Origin: Octopus vulgaris
Taxonomy: Eukaryota
Reading direction: 5' to 3'
Assembly: GCA_951406725.2 (NCBI GenBank)
Contig: OX597833.1
Span: 29,884,001-29,948,000, forward strand
DNA: 64,000 bases
Shown: in pieces, positions 48,661 to 62,610 of the stretch
How positions within the stretch are numbered: the first letter of the stretch is position 1
How the letters are laid out: each line of letters starts with the position of its first letter
The notes under the pieces: generated by a model
What the model was told of the DNA's origin: nothing
What the model saw: only the letters and a program-made list of their open reading frames with translations
Database searches by the model: none
Position numbers and translations under genes: made by a program

Positions 48661-51600
48661 GCAATTTCTCGTGCTCTCATTAAAGCTAAGGATTGCCAAC
48701 TCTTTATGAAAGATTCTAATGAGATCTTTCAACAGCAGTCTACTAAATTACTCATCAAATAAAAAAAACACTTCATCATCTACTTACCATGACTTAAGAA
48801 TGGCTCATCACAAATTTTAAAATTGAAAATCTTTTGGCATTCATGATAAAGTAGCAAAACTGCTCAAATTAGGGTAATTAGAATGCTGGATCTTCTGTGT
48901 AATATTGTATAAAGAATTTGTTGGAAATTGATACAGTTAGCTATGGTTGGAGGAATGCATTGCCAATGATATTCCATAAAGGAAAAGTGGGTAAATATAT
49001 TTGGTAATACTTGAGACATTTCTCATCTCAATGAAGTATAGAAATTATTGTCGAGGATTATGCTTGAAAGGATGGTTCAACCTGTTGGGATGCCCCTTCT
49101 TCTCAAGGCTCGTTCAGGTTCTTTCTGCTCAAGAGGTCCGAGAGTAATGCATTGAGTAGAGATTTGACCTGTAATCATCAAAATGATTTCTTTAATATAT
49201 GTTAAGTTAAGGTGGTGAGCAGGAAGAATCATTAGCATGCTGGGCAAAATGCTTAACAGCATTTTGTTCATTTTTACGTTCTGAGTTCAGATTCCACCAA
49301 AGTCGACTTTACCTTTCATCCTTTTGTGGTTGATAAAATAAGTGCCAATTGAGGGCTAAGGTTGATGTAACAGACTCACTCCCACCCTTGAAATTGCTGG
49401 CCTTGTGCCAGAATTTGAAATCTAAATATAACATGTGAGAGCCTGAGTATTTCACTATCATTTCTACTTTTAATGTAGATTTCAGGTTGAATCAGCATGG
49501 GACACTCTATTACAAAGATGGACCATTGAATTACTGGTACAGTGCATCTACCCACTTTCACTCACAATCAGGTCAACCTTGAAATTTAACTCTGAGCCTT
49601 CAATTATGAAGTAAATTTCTTAACCATCTGTCCCTACCTGCAACTCCTAGATACCCTTTAAAAAATTGTAATGTTGTTGAGGATAGATTTGCTCAATCAA
49701 GGTGACCCTTGGCCAAAATGATAGTTAAAGCTTTCCCCTCCACAACATTATTCTCCTCTCCTCTTCCCCTTCCTTCTCCTCTTTCTCTTCCTTCTCCTCT
49801 TTCTCTTCCTCCTCCCCTTCCTCTCTTACCTTCTCTTCCACAGCTTAGCTTTCTTCAGTCTGCTGTCCTGGTTGTGCTTTCTAATCTTTCTACCTTTTCT
49901 TACCCAATTTATTTTCCCTCCTACTGTACCCAAAGGGAAGTTGTGATATGTTGACTTTCTATGGAAGAAAAAATCCCTCTCCCTCTCTCTCATACTTCCG
50001 ATCTTTCTCACATCATCTGCCTCTCTCAATTACATTTACTCCTTTTCTATTAACCCTCATTCTGTCTATCTGCCCCCACCTCTCTGTTTCTCTTTCTCAT
50101 GCCTCTCTCTACCACAAAATTGCATAGCTGGTTTATCACTCTGAAACCAATTAATTAGTAGGCGACAGAAAATGAAAAACTTTCCCCTTTCCTAATCAAA
50201 GTTTGTAATGACTTTAATTAATTAGACTCAGTGAACAGTGTTGAACGGTGGCATGTTTTCTTTATGAATACCGATGTGTTTCTATATACTTAATGAGTCA
50301 TAAAAGCTAATAGCTAATAATAAAAGTAATAATTAGGAAGTTTGGTGGGCGAATTTAGGAGAAGGGAATTTAGAGGCTATGATAGTCATGCCTTTCCCAG
50401 AAGTGTTTCTAACTAAAGTTTTTGTGATTGTTTAAGCTCAGTTTCAGCCTCAATCAGAAGACTTTTGATCAAAAGTGTTTAGCATGGTAAACCTATCATT
50501 TAATATATCCATGTTTACTTTGTCCTATCTTTCTGGAGGCACTAGCAAGGGATTGGGGGACATTTGGCCACTTTTTCTAACAAATATAAGTCAAGACCTA
50601 GGCAATAAAAATTTAGTGAAACAGTTTTAGTTGAGAATTGAAACTGAGTCACTGATTTTGGTGGTAACTTGTTTACAGTCAAGAAAATGAGGGAGCCTTC
50701 ATGTGGTAATTCAACCTTGCTGGAAATAGAAGGCAAATTTTCCTCAAATCATATTGTCATCTTAATAAAAGAAGGAAGCATTGGATGTTTGAGAAAAAGA
50801 GATGAGATGGGTTTGGTTGGGACACCTGTGATAATAAGGTCTTTGCTTAATCAGTGTTAATTCCGGAGTTAAATAAACAACAGAGCATAATTGAGTCAAT
50901 ATGGGAGTCTGCATTTGGTTGTTTGATCTGCCAAATCTTGAACTTACATGCTACATGGAAGGCTATAGAACAATGTAGTCCTAAATAAACTACGCTTGCA
51001 AAAAAAAAAAAAAATGAATGGATTAAACTTTTGATTAATTGATCTGCTTGATCAAAGCTGGCCTAAGACTAAATAATAACATATTGGGTGTCTTTTGCCT
51101 ATCCTTAAGAAACCAGTATTTTTTTTACACTAAACCCCACTGACATTGTATTCAACTTCAACAAATATGCATTTATACCATTGTATCAAATTTCATAGCG
51201 CCAATGTCTGTTATTTAACTTAGTTTTCATATTATATTCTAATAAACTTAATAATTAAGTAAACTATATTCAGTATATTACATCTCCACCACCATTGCCA
51301 TCACCACCATCATCATCATCATCATCTGTATGTGTATGTTTTTATTAATTTAATTTATTTAATGCCTCCAATTTTACTCATTATATAAACATAATTTTAG
51401 GAGTTTTAAATTTCTTGATTCTGAGTACACATAAAACTCACAGGATTTTGTTACACCATATTAAATTAATACATTTTAAAGACATTCTGGTAATGTTAGT
51501 TAAAAATTGTCTTAAATAATCACTACTTGCCCTCATCTCTACTATATCACCCTGTCTATCTATCTATAAATTAATTAATCAACCTTAAATTAATTAATCA

Positions 51601-54600
51601 AATATTCATTTAAAGTTGAACAAATTACTGATGGTATAATGTTTCTTTCAGTATGATTCACAACTGTACACTAGAGTATTATAATAACTGATTTTTTTCT
51701 TTTACTTTGTGCCCAGGGTATTACTGGTATAAAAGAAGTGGGTTAAAAGTAACTCAAGAGTTGCCAGGTACATCATTTTACAGCACTTGGCACAGTGAAG
51801 TTTATAGAATAGATATTTGATGAATATAATAGGGTTTAGATAATAGAAGTGAAATGACTGAGCAAATGGTTGTTATTGTTCTTTAGCCCCACATCAGTGA
51901 TGATCAAGCAGACTTATGATGAAAGCTGAACTGCCTTTAATAGTAGGTCTGCTAGAAGAGCCACAAAAGTAGTGCTAGGAGTCTGTAAGCTTAGTTACAA
52001 ATTTGTTGACTACCCAAAATTTGGGACCAGTGGAAAACTTATTTTAATAAAATGGAGTCCTTGGTAATGAAAAAATTAGAAACTACTGGGAACCAAATCT
52101 TTCTCAAATGACACCACTGTCTTAAGGAAAGAAAATACACATTGACTCATGTAGTCTAGATACACAGAAATGAGGTGATCATAGCAGTAATGCTTTTAAT
52201 TATAAGTTTACTGGATGAGGACTGACTACGAGCTAAACAGCTATTTCTTTCATTGACTGTTTTGATGGGTTCCCAGCATACTGATTCCAATACTTGGCTG
52301 TTAAGTTATGTCAATCACCTGATAATGCTTATTGCTAAGGCTCTTGTGTAAAGCTGAACATCATTGAATCCCATTCCATACATATCTAACACCTTGTACT
52401 TTCTTGTTTGTATAAGAAATCATTATTTATCCCCTGCAACCCTTAAGCATTCAGATTTCTCTGTCAAATGTAATGTTTATTTTTAGAATAATATTGTAGG
52501 ATAGGTGTGAGAGTCCAGATCTAGCCAGAAGAAGATAAAACAGATTTGGGCTGGATATGATCAATTTAAATGCTAATGGATTAAAGATTAGCATTGTCTT
52601 TCATCCTATCAGGATGGCTAAGTTGTTGTGCAATGTAATAGAACCTGGAACTATGTGAATGCTTGAAGCAAACTTCATAACCATGATGGCAGCATCAGTA
52701 GGATTGGTGATGGTGGGGTTTATGGAGGTTGAACTGCGTGCAGGAGGATGGTGTGATGCAGGGTGGAGTGGGGTTATATGATAATAATCATTAGTTTTAT
52801 TCAGTTTCTTATCTTGATTTCCCTTGTTTATAAAGACATGTTTCAGTTGGGTATTTTCTTTTTAATAGCTTATCAGATGCTGTAAATAATCCAACTTGTT
52901 CCTAGCCAAAGATATTAAACAACAGCAACAACAATAATCTGGAGAAATCTATGTTTTAATAGGATGGTAGGTGCCTCCCACTGTGGATTTCTGTTGATGA
53001 TATTGTTGTTCTTAATGCAGTCCCTAAGCCACAGATAACTGATGCTGGATACATAAATTTGATAACTGATAAATAAGGTCTCCTAATATTAACATAAGGT
53101 CAAAAATTAATGGAAGAGTATATTCAAATGAATCAATCCATAGTATATTGCTGGTACATTTTTCTTGTTGGTCCTGTAGGAATTAAATACTAAATCAACC
53201 TTAGTGGAACTAGAACTTAGAATGTAAAGATATATAGATAAATGCTGCGAGGTAATCCTGCAGTCCTGCCACCAGTAATTATTATTTTAGATGTAGGCAA
53301 GAGGCCACATGTTTTGGAGGAGGTAACAGTTAATTTAATTTGACTTCAGCATTTGGCTGGTACTTTTTGTTGTGAATAATTTACATGTGCATCCATTCTT
53401 GATTAAAAAATATGTAAACATGTATTCATTATGAAAAGTGTGTGTACACGCATATACATGCATGTGTGCACCCACCCACACACATTAGGCTTTCTTTTAA
53501 CATACATAAGTCTTTTTAAATCCCCTCCCCCCATTATCTGTTGAATTCTCTGATTAATTTGCAGTATCCCCTCAAAGCACTACAAAAACCCAGGTATTTT
53601 ATGTGACTATTTTTCATTTGCTGATTATTCTCAGGAATTTTGGCCAAATTTGATCAACTTTGAGGATTACTTTTGTATCTATATTCATATTGAAATCCAC
53701 TACTTTTGTGTTTCAAGAAGTTTTAAAATAATCTGAAATTTGGAGAAATGTAATAATACAAGGAATTGTATTAGGAATGCAACTTAGGAAGAGGTTCTTA
53801 CATAACATTTGATGATATAAGATTTCAATTAAAATATAAAAGGAAGTTTAAAGGGAATTGTTTTGTATCAGAGAACTAGTAGGTTGGTATCAAAAGAGTT
53901 AAGATAAAATTTTATTTTGTAAGTGAAAATTAGTTTTTGTTTTTATTTCTATTTATGAAGTCTTTGATTATCAAAGACAGAAGAGTGCTGAATTAAAGTT
54001 ACCCCGATTCTTTTCCCCCAAGATTATACCTCCTGAGTTTTAAGGCATGAATCACGATTAATATAACCCCAAATATTGCAAATGAAAACGCAGGTTTTTA
54101 TGGGTGAAAAATTTTCATTGGGAATACATCAAATACTTTAAAACAGCAAAAATGCCATGTGCTGAAATTGCCTAGTAAAAATAAGACTTGCATCTACTGG
54201 CTCAGGTGTTGTCAATCCCAGCCTATTGCAAGTGTTTTATTGTTCCTTTCTCAGTTATGAAATGAGTGGGTAATATAGTGAAATGATTAAGGAGAGAATC
54301 ATTAGCATGCCAGGCTGAATGCTTAGCAGCATTTTTTTCATCTTTACATTCTGATCTCAAATTCCACTAACGTTAACTTCATCATTTCAAGATTAATAAA
54401 ATAAGTACCAGTTGAGCACTGGAATCGATATAATCGACCCCCCACCACCACCACCACCACACACACACCGATCTTGCTGGCCTTATGCCAAAATTTGAAA
54501 CCAATATTGTGAAATAATTAATTTCAGCAAGCAAATTATTCATAAACTGCTTCAAATTAGAGAATATGAGTTGTAGTTTTCTCAGTAATCGTTACCAAAT

Positions 54601-55744
54601 CAAGGCCTGTTAAAGGCACCAGTATCCCAGGCAGTTATCCAGAGTACTTTGTGCTTGGAGGTACCTCATGACATGGTACCCTGAAGCATGTAGCACAAAT
54701 AAAATAACACATAATGGGAAAATTCCTTCAGTGGAGTTGAGCTTTTGTGTGATACTGACAGATGTAATTTCTTGACTGAACTAAATACTGTTGAATATTT
54801 GTTTCCTGGAGCTGTAATGCTTCCAATAGAAGCCATTATGTTCTTCAACAGTAATAAGTTATAGGATATCTTGGCAAATCTGGGTTGCTTTAACATAATG
54901 CTTTTGATACCCATAACCGTGACCATATCAGTGAGATACTTTAGTGAAGTAAAACTTCTAAATACATATTTACACAAGACAGATTAAATTCTTTGACAAT
55001 TTTGTCAATAGAAAATGATATTGTAAAATGGAAAAGAAAAAAAAAGAAGAAAAAATATAAAAAGTACTATGAAAATATTTGCTATTCTAAAATCAAGAAA
55101 AAATGTTTTAGGATTATGTATGTTTTTTAGCATATTTTTTTTCATATTCTTTATTAGGAAAAATTCATTGCATCAAAAGATGATCAATGAAGCCCTTTGT
55201 ACTTTCTTTCACCCACTCCACCTGCCAGTTATGTGCATATGATCTCCCACCCCCCACATTCATATCAGTGAAAAGATTTGAATCTGAACTGTTCTCTTAG
55301 CTTGTATTTTATAGTAAACACTTTATTCTTACATTTGCAATTTCCCCTCTTTGTGAAAGTTTTTTAAGAATTACACTTATAGGGATACTGAAAGTCAGCT
55401 TGTCATATTTCATCTTTTTCTTACCATATTTCTAATGAAATACAGTTGCTAGGTTCCTATAAATTTTGAAAATAACCAAGAATTTATTTGCATTTAGTAA
55501 AACTAACTTTTAGGTCACTAATACAGAAGTCTCCATGTAGTTGCTCAATCCATTAAAAATTGCTGATCTCAAATCACATACTACTGACTAAAATAAGACA
55601 TATTGGATAATGTAGTCCAAAATAAAGAGTTTGTTTAATGAAGGAATGGTCATCACATCTGTCTTAATGTAATGCACATATGCTTTCCTCATTAAAGACA
55701 TTTTCCCTGATGAAATAGTAAGTCAGATAGTAAGTGGATGCTCA

Positions 55745-56310
55745 AAAAATGCCATGACAAACTAACATTGCAAATACACTGGGAATAGTGCAAGAAGTAT
55801 GGGCTAAAATATTTCAACAATTGGTCTGAGCACCAATCTTTGCCAGTTGGAGAGAACGATGAGGTGAAACTCACATGCCAATACACAGACAAAAAGCTGC
55901 ATCATAACCAACCAGGTATCATTCTACTACTGAAGGAGTCCAAAGAATGGATCTTCATCAATGTAGCTATACCTGCAGACCAGAATATTGTGAAGACAGA
56001 TGACGAGAAAGTCAAGAAGTTAACAAAACTAGGATTGGAAGTGAAAAGAATCCATAGAACTTCAAAAGTGAGTGTGGTACCTATTGTGATCTCTTAGGAC
56101 CATCTCAAAAAGAGCGATATTCTGGCATCAAAAGCTACAAATACCAAACTTCTTAGAAAGTATTCAGCTTTCAACAATGCATGAAACAGCTCTTCTGTTG
56201 TGGAAAATGTTTCATTTCAAAGCTGCAAGATGGAGTTGAGACATGACATAGTAGATATAGATAACTCAGAAGTGAAGTGAACAATAACAAACAACAACAA
56301 CAACAACAAG
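55745..56310 (+). pseudogene. R4/Dong-like RLE LINE 3' fragment
   Basis: CHD...IHWE-CKKYGL...WSEH...VGENDEVKL...TDKKLHHNQPGI...INVAIPADQN...EK...VVPIVI; (AAC)n tail at ~56280-56310. Confidence 0.75.
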
Positions 56311-56944
56311 TCCCAAATCTCAATTTATATTCTGTTCAGAGTTTCAAATATTTCATAAATGAAATAAATTCCAGTGTATAACATTTATTTTAAATAAACA
56401 TAAATTAATATATATAAAGAAAATAACTTCATAACTTCTAATATAAACACACACATGTTTATGTCATGTTTATTTTTGTATTAGATAACTTGTGTATTTA
56501 TATAATAATGTATTTTTTGTTTGTGTTTTATATACATATATTCATTAGCATTTATGTGTATACATGCATGCATCACATACATACGTGTGTGTGTGTGCGT
56601 GTGCGCTAACAGGTTTAATGTTGGCAATCACTTGTCATCAAGAATAATCTTTCCCTTAGGAGAAGTTAGTAGTTGCCTTGTTTAGAAATGGTAACAGGAA
56701 TGTACAATATTTATTCACTCTATTTTCTTCATAGAAAAAAAAATTCTTTCTTGAACTGAAATATCCAAACTAATCATACTAAAAATAATAATTTATAAGC
56801 CAGTATGAAATGTAAACATAATTGAAATTTAATTGGCTATAATATTTTTCTATTCTATTTATTTTGCATACCCATAGTACTTATGCATTTTGTTATAGTA
56901 CCATTTTCTTTGATATTCCAACAATTACCAATTTGCTCTCTTCA

Positions 56945-57402
56945 AATTGAAATCGGAATCGAAATTGAACCAATCCTATGACTGGCACCCGGCAAATGCC
57001 AGGACCCCTGTACTGGAGATACGTAAAAAGCACTATCCGAATCGTGGCCGATGCCAGCGCCGCCTCAACTGGCCACCGTGTCGGTGGCACCTAAAAAGCA
57101 CCATCCGAATCGTGGTCAAAGCCAGTGCCGCCTCGACTAGCTTCCATGCAGGTGGCACGTAAAATGCACCAATCCGACCGTGGCCGATGCCAGCCTCGCC
57201 TGGCACCAGTGCAGGTGGCACGTAAAAAGCAGCCACTACACTCACGGAGTGGTTGGCGTTAGGAAGGGCATCCAGCTGTAGAAACATTGCCAGATAAGAC
57301 CGGAGCCTGGTACAGCCTTCTTGCTTCCCAGATCCCCGGTCGAACCGTCCAACCCATGCTAGCATGGAGAACGGACGTTAAGCGATGATGATGATGATGA
57401 TG
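56945..57402 (+). mobile_element. RTE 3'-tail fragment
   Basis: Tandem ~60-bp units, terminal sequence and (GAT)n. Confidence 0.85.
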
Positions 57403-58224
57403 AAATTGGGAAATTTTAAATGAACTTCATTTTTTTGTTTCTTTTCAACTCTTTTTTCCTCAACTATTGCTGAGAGTTCTAAAATGTTTGACTAAATAGA
57501 TGCCGGCATTGCTGTGTGGATACAGAATTTGTTTTATAACCATAGGTTTCAGGTTCTATCCCACTGCACGACAACTTCAGCAAGTATCTTCTAGTTTAGC
57601 CTCATAGTGACTGAGACTATGAGTGAAATTGGTTGAATAAAGACTGTATTGAAGCCCGTGTGTGTGTGTGTGTGCGCGCGCGCATGCATGCATGTGTCCA
57701 TTAATGTTTATATTCCTTGACTTCACATGACATCATCTGGGCAAATAGGTAATGTGTTTACATTCACCATAAGCAATATCCTATGCAGCTAGCTCTTCTC
57801 ATTTGAAGAGCAATGAAGTAAAAAATCTCTTACTTGAAAAACATGTAAGGGCTGATGACAGGAACGGCTTCTAGGTGTAAAAATTCTGCCTTAGTAAGTA
57901 ACCTTCCAACATATGCTAGCATAAAAAATTAATGTAGATTGAAAGAATTTCTTTACTACTCAAAGTTCTAAGATATTCACTAAAATTGAAAATTAATCAT
58001 TGATTACTGACATCCTGTTATGACTAGCCAGAAAGGATCAATACGTGAATATTGTCTTTTGGTTATTTCTTAATGTTAGTAAAAATCGAAAATCAAGGAT
58101 TATCCATAGATGAACTTTGCCATCCATAACGCTATACAATTTGACAAACGGTGAGCCTACATGAAATACTCAGCCTGAAAGAACTAGCAGCTAAATCTCA
58201 ATAAAATCACACCTATCATCTTAA

Positions 58225-59293
58225 CCCTTTCGTTACCAAACCGCCCGAAAAAAATTTTGGTTAATGTGACCAAGCCGCCCCAAACCGCCCGAATTTACCT
58301 ATTCATATTTAAATGAGAATATCAGAGTAAATCTCTTTAGTACATTCGTGAAAACACGTATTATACTTCGTAAACAGTTCAACTACAGTTTTGTACAAAA
58401 ATCGAAGTGTAATTTTAATTCCGTGAATTATGGGAGATTTTTTTCCGAAATTTGTTCCTATTGTGTTTTCAAAATTTGTAATTCTGACAAAAAATGGATA
58501 CGAATTTCATTATATCAAGCAGCGAGTCAGAATTCGAAGGATTTTCTACTGAAGACCTTCATAAATCTAACTCTATGACTGAAAAAAAAAAGCATGTGGT
58601 ATTTGATAATGAATCTGATGTTTCATTTTCCGAAAGTGAAAACAGTGAATCCGAGAGCTCCGACAGCGATAAAGAAAATGAATTGGCACCTGAATGGAGT
58701 GAAAATTTAAAAACTGTTTCTTTCGGTGATTTTTCTGAAGAAACTGGACCAAGCCACAGACTTTCCCAGAAGAGTAAAGCCTTAGACTATTTCTTTTTAC
58801 TTTTTACTATTTGAAATCATTACGGCGGAAACGAATCGTTACGCTAAACGTAAACAAAGCGAAAGAAAGGATAGTTTGTTATTTCCCACAACCTTAAATG
58901 AAATTAAGGCCTATTTTGCCATAAATATTATTATGGGTATCAGAAAGTTACCCAGAATAACAAATTCTATCGTAAAATTTTGTTGTATATCCAATTGAAT
59001 ATTAGCTAATAACCCATTTTCTATAGCGATGTTTGAACAAAATTTTAATAATTTTATATATTGTTGAATTTACCTGTATCTACCTGCAATTAGAGTCACT
59101 TTGTGACAAAAATTATAGTATAGAATTGGTTGAGAACATTTCATTAGATTATCTTCCAAATTTCATGTTAATATATTGATAAATAAAAAAGTTATAGTTG
59201 TTTAATGAAACCAGACTAAATTTATGATTACGTTAGAAATTAATTGAGACACATAAGGGGTGTATTTTGGTCAGAAATATAGTAACGAAAGGG
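58225..59293 (+). mobile_element. Internally deleted piggyBac transposon (1069 bp)
   Basis: TTAA TSDs (58221-58224, 59294-59297) and 12-bp TIR CCCTTTCGTTAC. Transposase N-terminus: acidic tract, ALDYFFLLF, then a frameshift, EIITAETNRYA and TTLNEIKAYFAINIIMGIRKLP; no catalytic core. Confidence 0.92.
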
Positions 59294-59328
59294 TTAAAAT
59301 AAATTAAGAATATATTAATGGGGGCAGT

Positions 59329-59758
59329 CAAAGACTGAATGAAGAGCATTTGTGATACAAAATCGCAACATTACACTATATTGACTGGTATAAACATCAC
59401 ACACATCAAGTTTCTGTTGTTGTTTATCCCCAAATTGTCCCTGATTAAGTAGAACTGATCAAAGGTGTCCTAGCTGTGATCATCTCTCTTCCCCACCTCA
59501 CTCCAGACAATCTATTTAAAATTACTTTTAACCAATATCTTTCCTTTTTTTAAATTTTATTAGAACATGATTTGGGGGAGATTTGGCTGCAGTTTCTAGC
59601 AGATCTAGCAACTATGTAAAGGCTCTTTCAGAGATGATCATAGCAAGGACACCTTTGATCAGTTTTATTTAATCAGGGACAATTTGGGGATAAGCAACAA
59701 CCACAGAAACTTGTAATGTTGCAATTTTATGTCACAAATGCTCTTCATTCAGTCTTTG
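59329..59758. repeat. Diverged inverted repeat (59329-59487 / 59630-59758)
   Basis: caaagactgaatgaagagcatttgtga...tatccccaaattgtccctgatt...tgatcaaaggtgtcct is mirrored on the right; the left arm has a ~30-bp extra segment. Confidence 0.8.
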
Positions 59759-60739
59759 CCCTCCCTCAGATTATAGCATGGATGATTGCAGTGCATGCTG
59801 CTAGCAAGGACTGAACTTGTTTTCTTAACTTTGGCATCTCAACAAGCAAGTCTCAACTGACATTCTTCAAATATCACATGTGAAAATAAAGGTATACTTG
59901 TCATATGCTATTTTTGTATATACACCTGTGGAAGCTAAAATATCAAGTTTTCTTGAAATTGATATATTATATAACTTCCAACACTACCCAGCTGGAACAC
60001 CCTGGATATATTATCAAGGTCGTTATCAAATTTCGAATTGTTTACTCCTACTTAAGGGTGGATTGCTTTTCAGTAAAAAAAATAAAAAAAAGCTTTTTTC
60101 GAAATCGATGAAATCTATTATGGGTATCCTTTTTCCAAATTCTTCTCTATTCTTTTTAAACAACAAAACAAAAAATGAAAGACAAATGTTTATGTTACAA
60201 TGTTAATGAAAGTATCTTTTACAAAATTCCGTTTTAAATAGATGTAAAAGAGAAGAAGGAAGAATTGAAGAGAGAAATAAAAGAGAAAAAGTGATAATTT
60301 GAGAGCTAAATATTTAGTTTCATGTCAGTGTCAGTGGATATATATTGCAACTGTTTGGCCAATCAATCAGTCACACGCCCTTCTTTCTACACCATTTTCA
60401 TCTTTTATTTCTATTTGTTTTATTTACCTTTATTTTCATTTTATTGTGCATGTGTTTATGTTCATTGAGAAAGTGGACACTCTGATTAGATATTTAACAG
60501 ACAAAAACTGTCTAGCATGGATGCCAGATCATGTGATTTCAGTGTACTGCACTTCCTCAGTGACAGGTGTCCACTCATCACATGCCAGCCAAATCTCACT
60601 GTCAACAATATAGAGAATAACTTATCAGTCACTGATGTTGCAAGTAGCCAACAAGTTTATTGAAAAATAGATATTAGTGATGGAAGCAGCATTAATATCA
60701 AAAGGCAATCTTTATGTATATATGTGTGTGTTGGCTGTA

Positions 60740-62460
60740 CAAGCTATGAACAAAGTTGCAGTGGGTAAAGTGAGAGTCAACGATTTCAGTAATAAATTTA
60801 GTAGCTCATTTCTCAGTCCTTTCTTACTTGTCATAGTCTTACAGGCCATCACAGAGGTATTTAAGACTTGATATCCATGGGAACTTGTATATGTTGATGA
60901 TCTAGTTCTCATAGTTGAATCCATAGAGGAATTAGAGATGAAATTCCAGGCATGGAAACTAAGCCCAGAATCAAGAGGTTTATAGTAAACTGAATAAAGA
61001 CAAAGCTTTTAATAAGTAACAAAGAAGATAGAAATATGGTGCCTTCAGGGAAATGGTTTTGTTTGAAATGCAGAAAAGCAGTAGGTATAAACTCTATACA
61101 CTGTAACCCAATGTAGGCTATGGGCACACTAGTCATGTTATGAAATTACAGGCAGATTGTCAGAGAATGTAAATATGTAATAAATGCACGAGAGCAGTAT
61201 GTACTGCGAGCACACCAAAAATGGATCCTCCTAAATGTCCAAGTGGCTCATTAGAAGTGGTTGATAACTTTTGTTACCTAGGACATGTAATTAACTTTGA
61301 AAATATTGTAGCTAAAATAAGAACAGGTTGGAGAAAATTTAAGGAACTACTTCTGCTGCTGATAACAAAGGTTTTTTTCCCTTTGTCTTTTTCCTAGAGT
61401 AAATGGCAGATTGTATAATGTTTTTGTGTATTAGAATTGTTGCACGGTAGTGATACATGGGCTTTAAATGCAGAGGATTGGAGAGGATTGAAATAAATGA
61501 AGCAAGCATGCTTTATCTGCAATGTAAGTGTGCATGAAAGACCATACAAATTTGCTTAGAAAAAAAGTGGGGGCATAAGAGGAATCAGATATAGTGTGCA
61601 GGATTGAAGACTGTACTTGTATGGACATGTGATGTGTATGGATGAGGGCAGCTGTATAAAGAAGTGCCAATATCTTAATGTGGAATTTGTGGTTGAAGGA
61701 GATCCATGGAGACATGGGATAAGATAATGGAGGCTGACCGTCCTTGAAACAGCTGGATTTGATTACAAATGACCAAGATAACTGGTGATATACTGTTCTT
61801 AAGAAAACCTGCCCATCTTGGTGAAGCTAATTTCTTATTGAGCTATGTATGCATAATATACATAACATGTGTATATATGCATAACAGGTCCCTTCACCCA
61901 ATTCCCCACCCCCAAGACACTCCATCACCTCCCTAACTGCACCTATTTTTTGATACCACTTAATTTTCTTTACTACCCAGAACCATTTCACTTGTTATTC
62001 CAGCCGTCATCCTTTAGGACTGTTCTCTCCACCTCCATTTCCACCACTACCATCTTTGCTATTCTGCTGCTCAGCACTGTCAATCATCACCTACTCTATT
62101 CTCTGTCCCCACCCAATCATTCCCATCCTCTCTTCTAAAATATGAGTCGTAGTGTAGCTTCTCTGCTACAAGGAACCTGTTCTGCTATGTTCTTTCTCTT
62201 CTCTCATACTTTTATCCATCTTTAACCCTTCATTTCCTTTGGAGTCATAGTCTTGCAAACAGCATGATGGACTCACTAGTGCTGGTGGCACAATAAAAAG
62301 CTCCTTGTAGACATTGTAAAGTTGTTGATTTTAGGAAGGGTATCCAGCCATAGAAACTTTTCCAAAGCAGACCCTGAGCATGATGCAATCCTTAGGCCCA
62401 TCGGATCCTGTCAAACCATCCAATCCATGCCAGTGTGGGACATGGACATTAAATGATGAG
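60740..62460 (+). pseudogene. Old, heavily decayed RTE LINE 3' half
   Basis: LSPFLLVIVLQAITEVFKT, PWELVYVDDLVLI, VVDNFCYLG, YGHVMCMDE; ends in a diverged RTE terminus at ~62270-62460. Confidence 0.8.
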
Positions 62461-62493
62461 GTGTGTATTTTTGTCTCTCCTTATCTTGACATC

Positions 62494-62610
62494 GGAGCAG
62501 AAGAGGGGCTTCCTTGCCCGGATTGGCCTCACCAGCCACCTCAGGTCTCATGGCGGCAGTTCCATCAGATGATGTCAGTTGGTCATCTTCGAACCAAAGG
62601 ACAAACATTA
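62494..62610 (+). mobile_element. Very short RTE-1-like 3' end insertion
   Basis: Matches 3472-3580; 13-bp TSD TTATCTTGACATC at 62481-62493 and 62611-62623. Confidence 0.88.

Noticed and set aside
54565-54977. 103-aa minus-strand ORF in unique-looking sequence
   Set aside because: No recognisable motif, non-ATG start, stops in the alternative frames and no clear splice signals.
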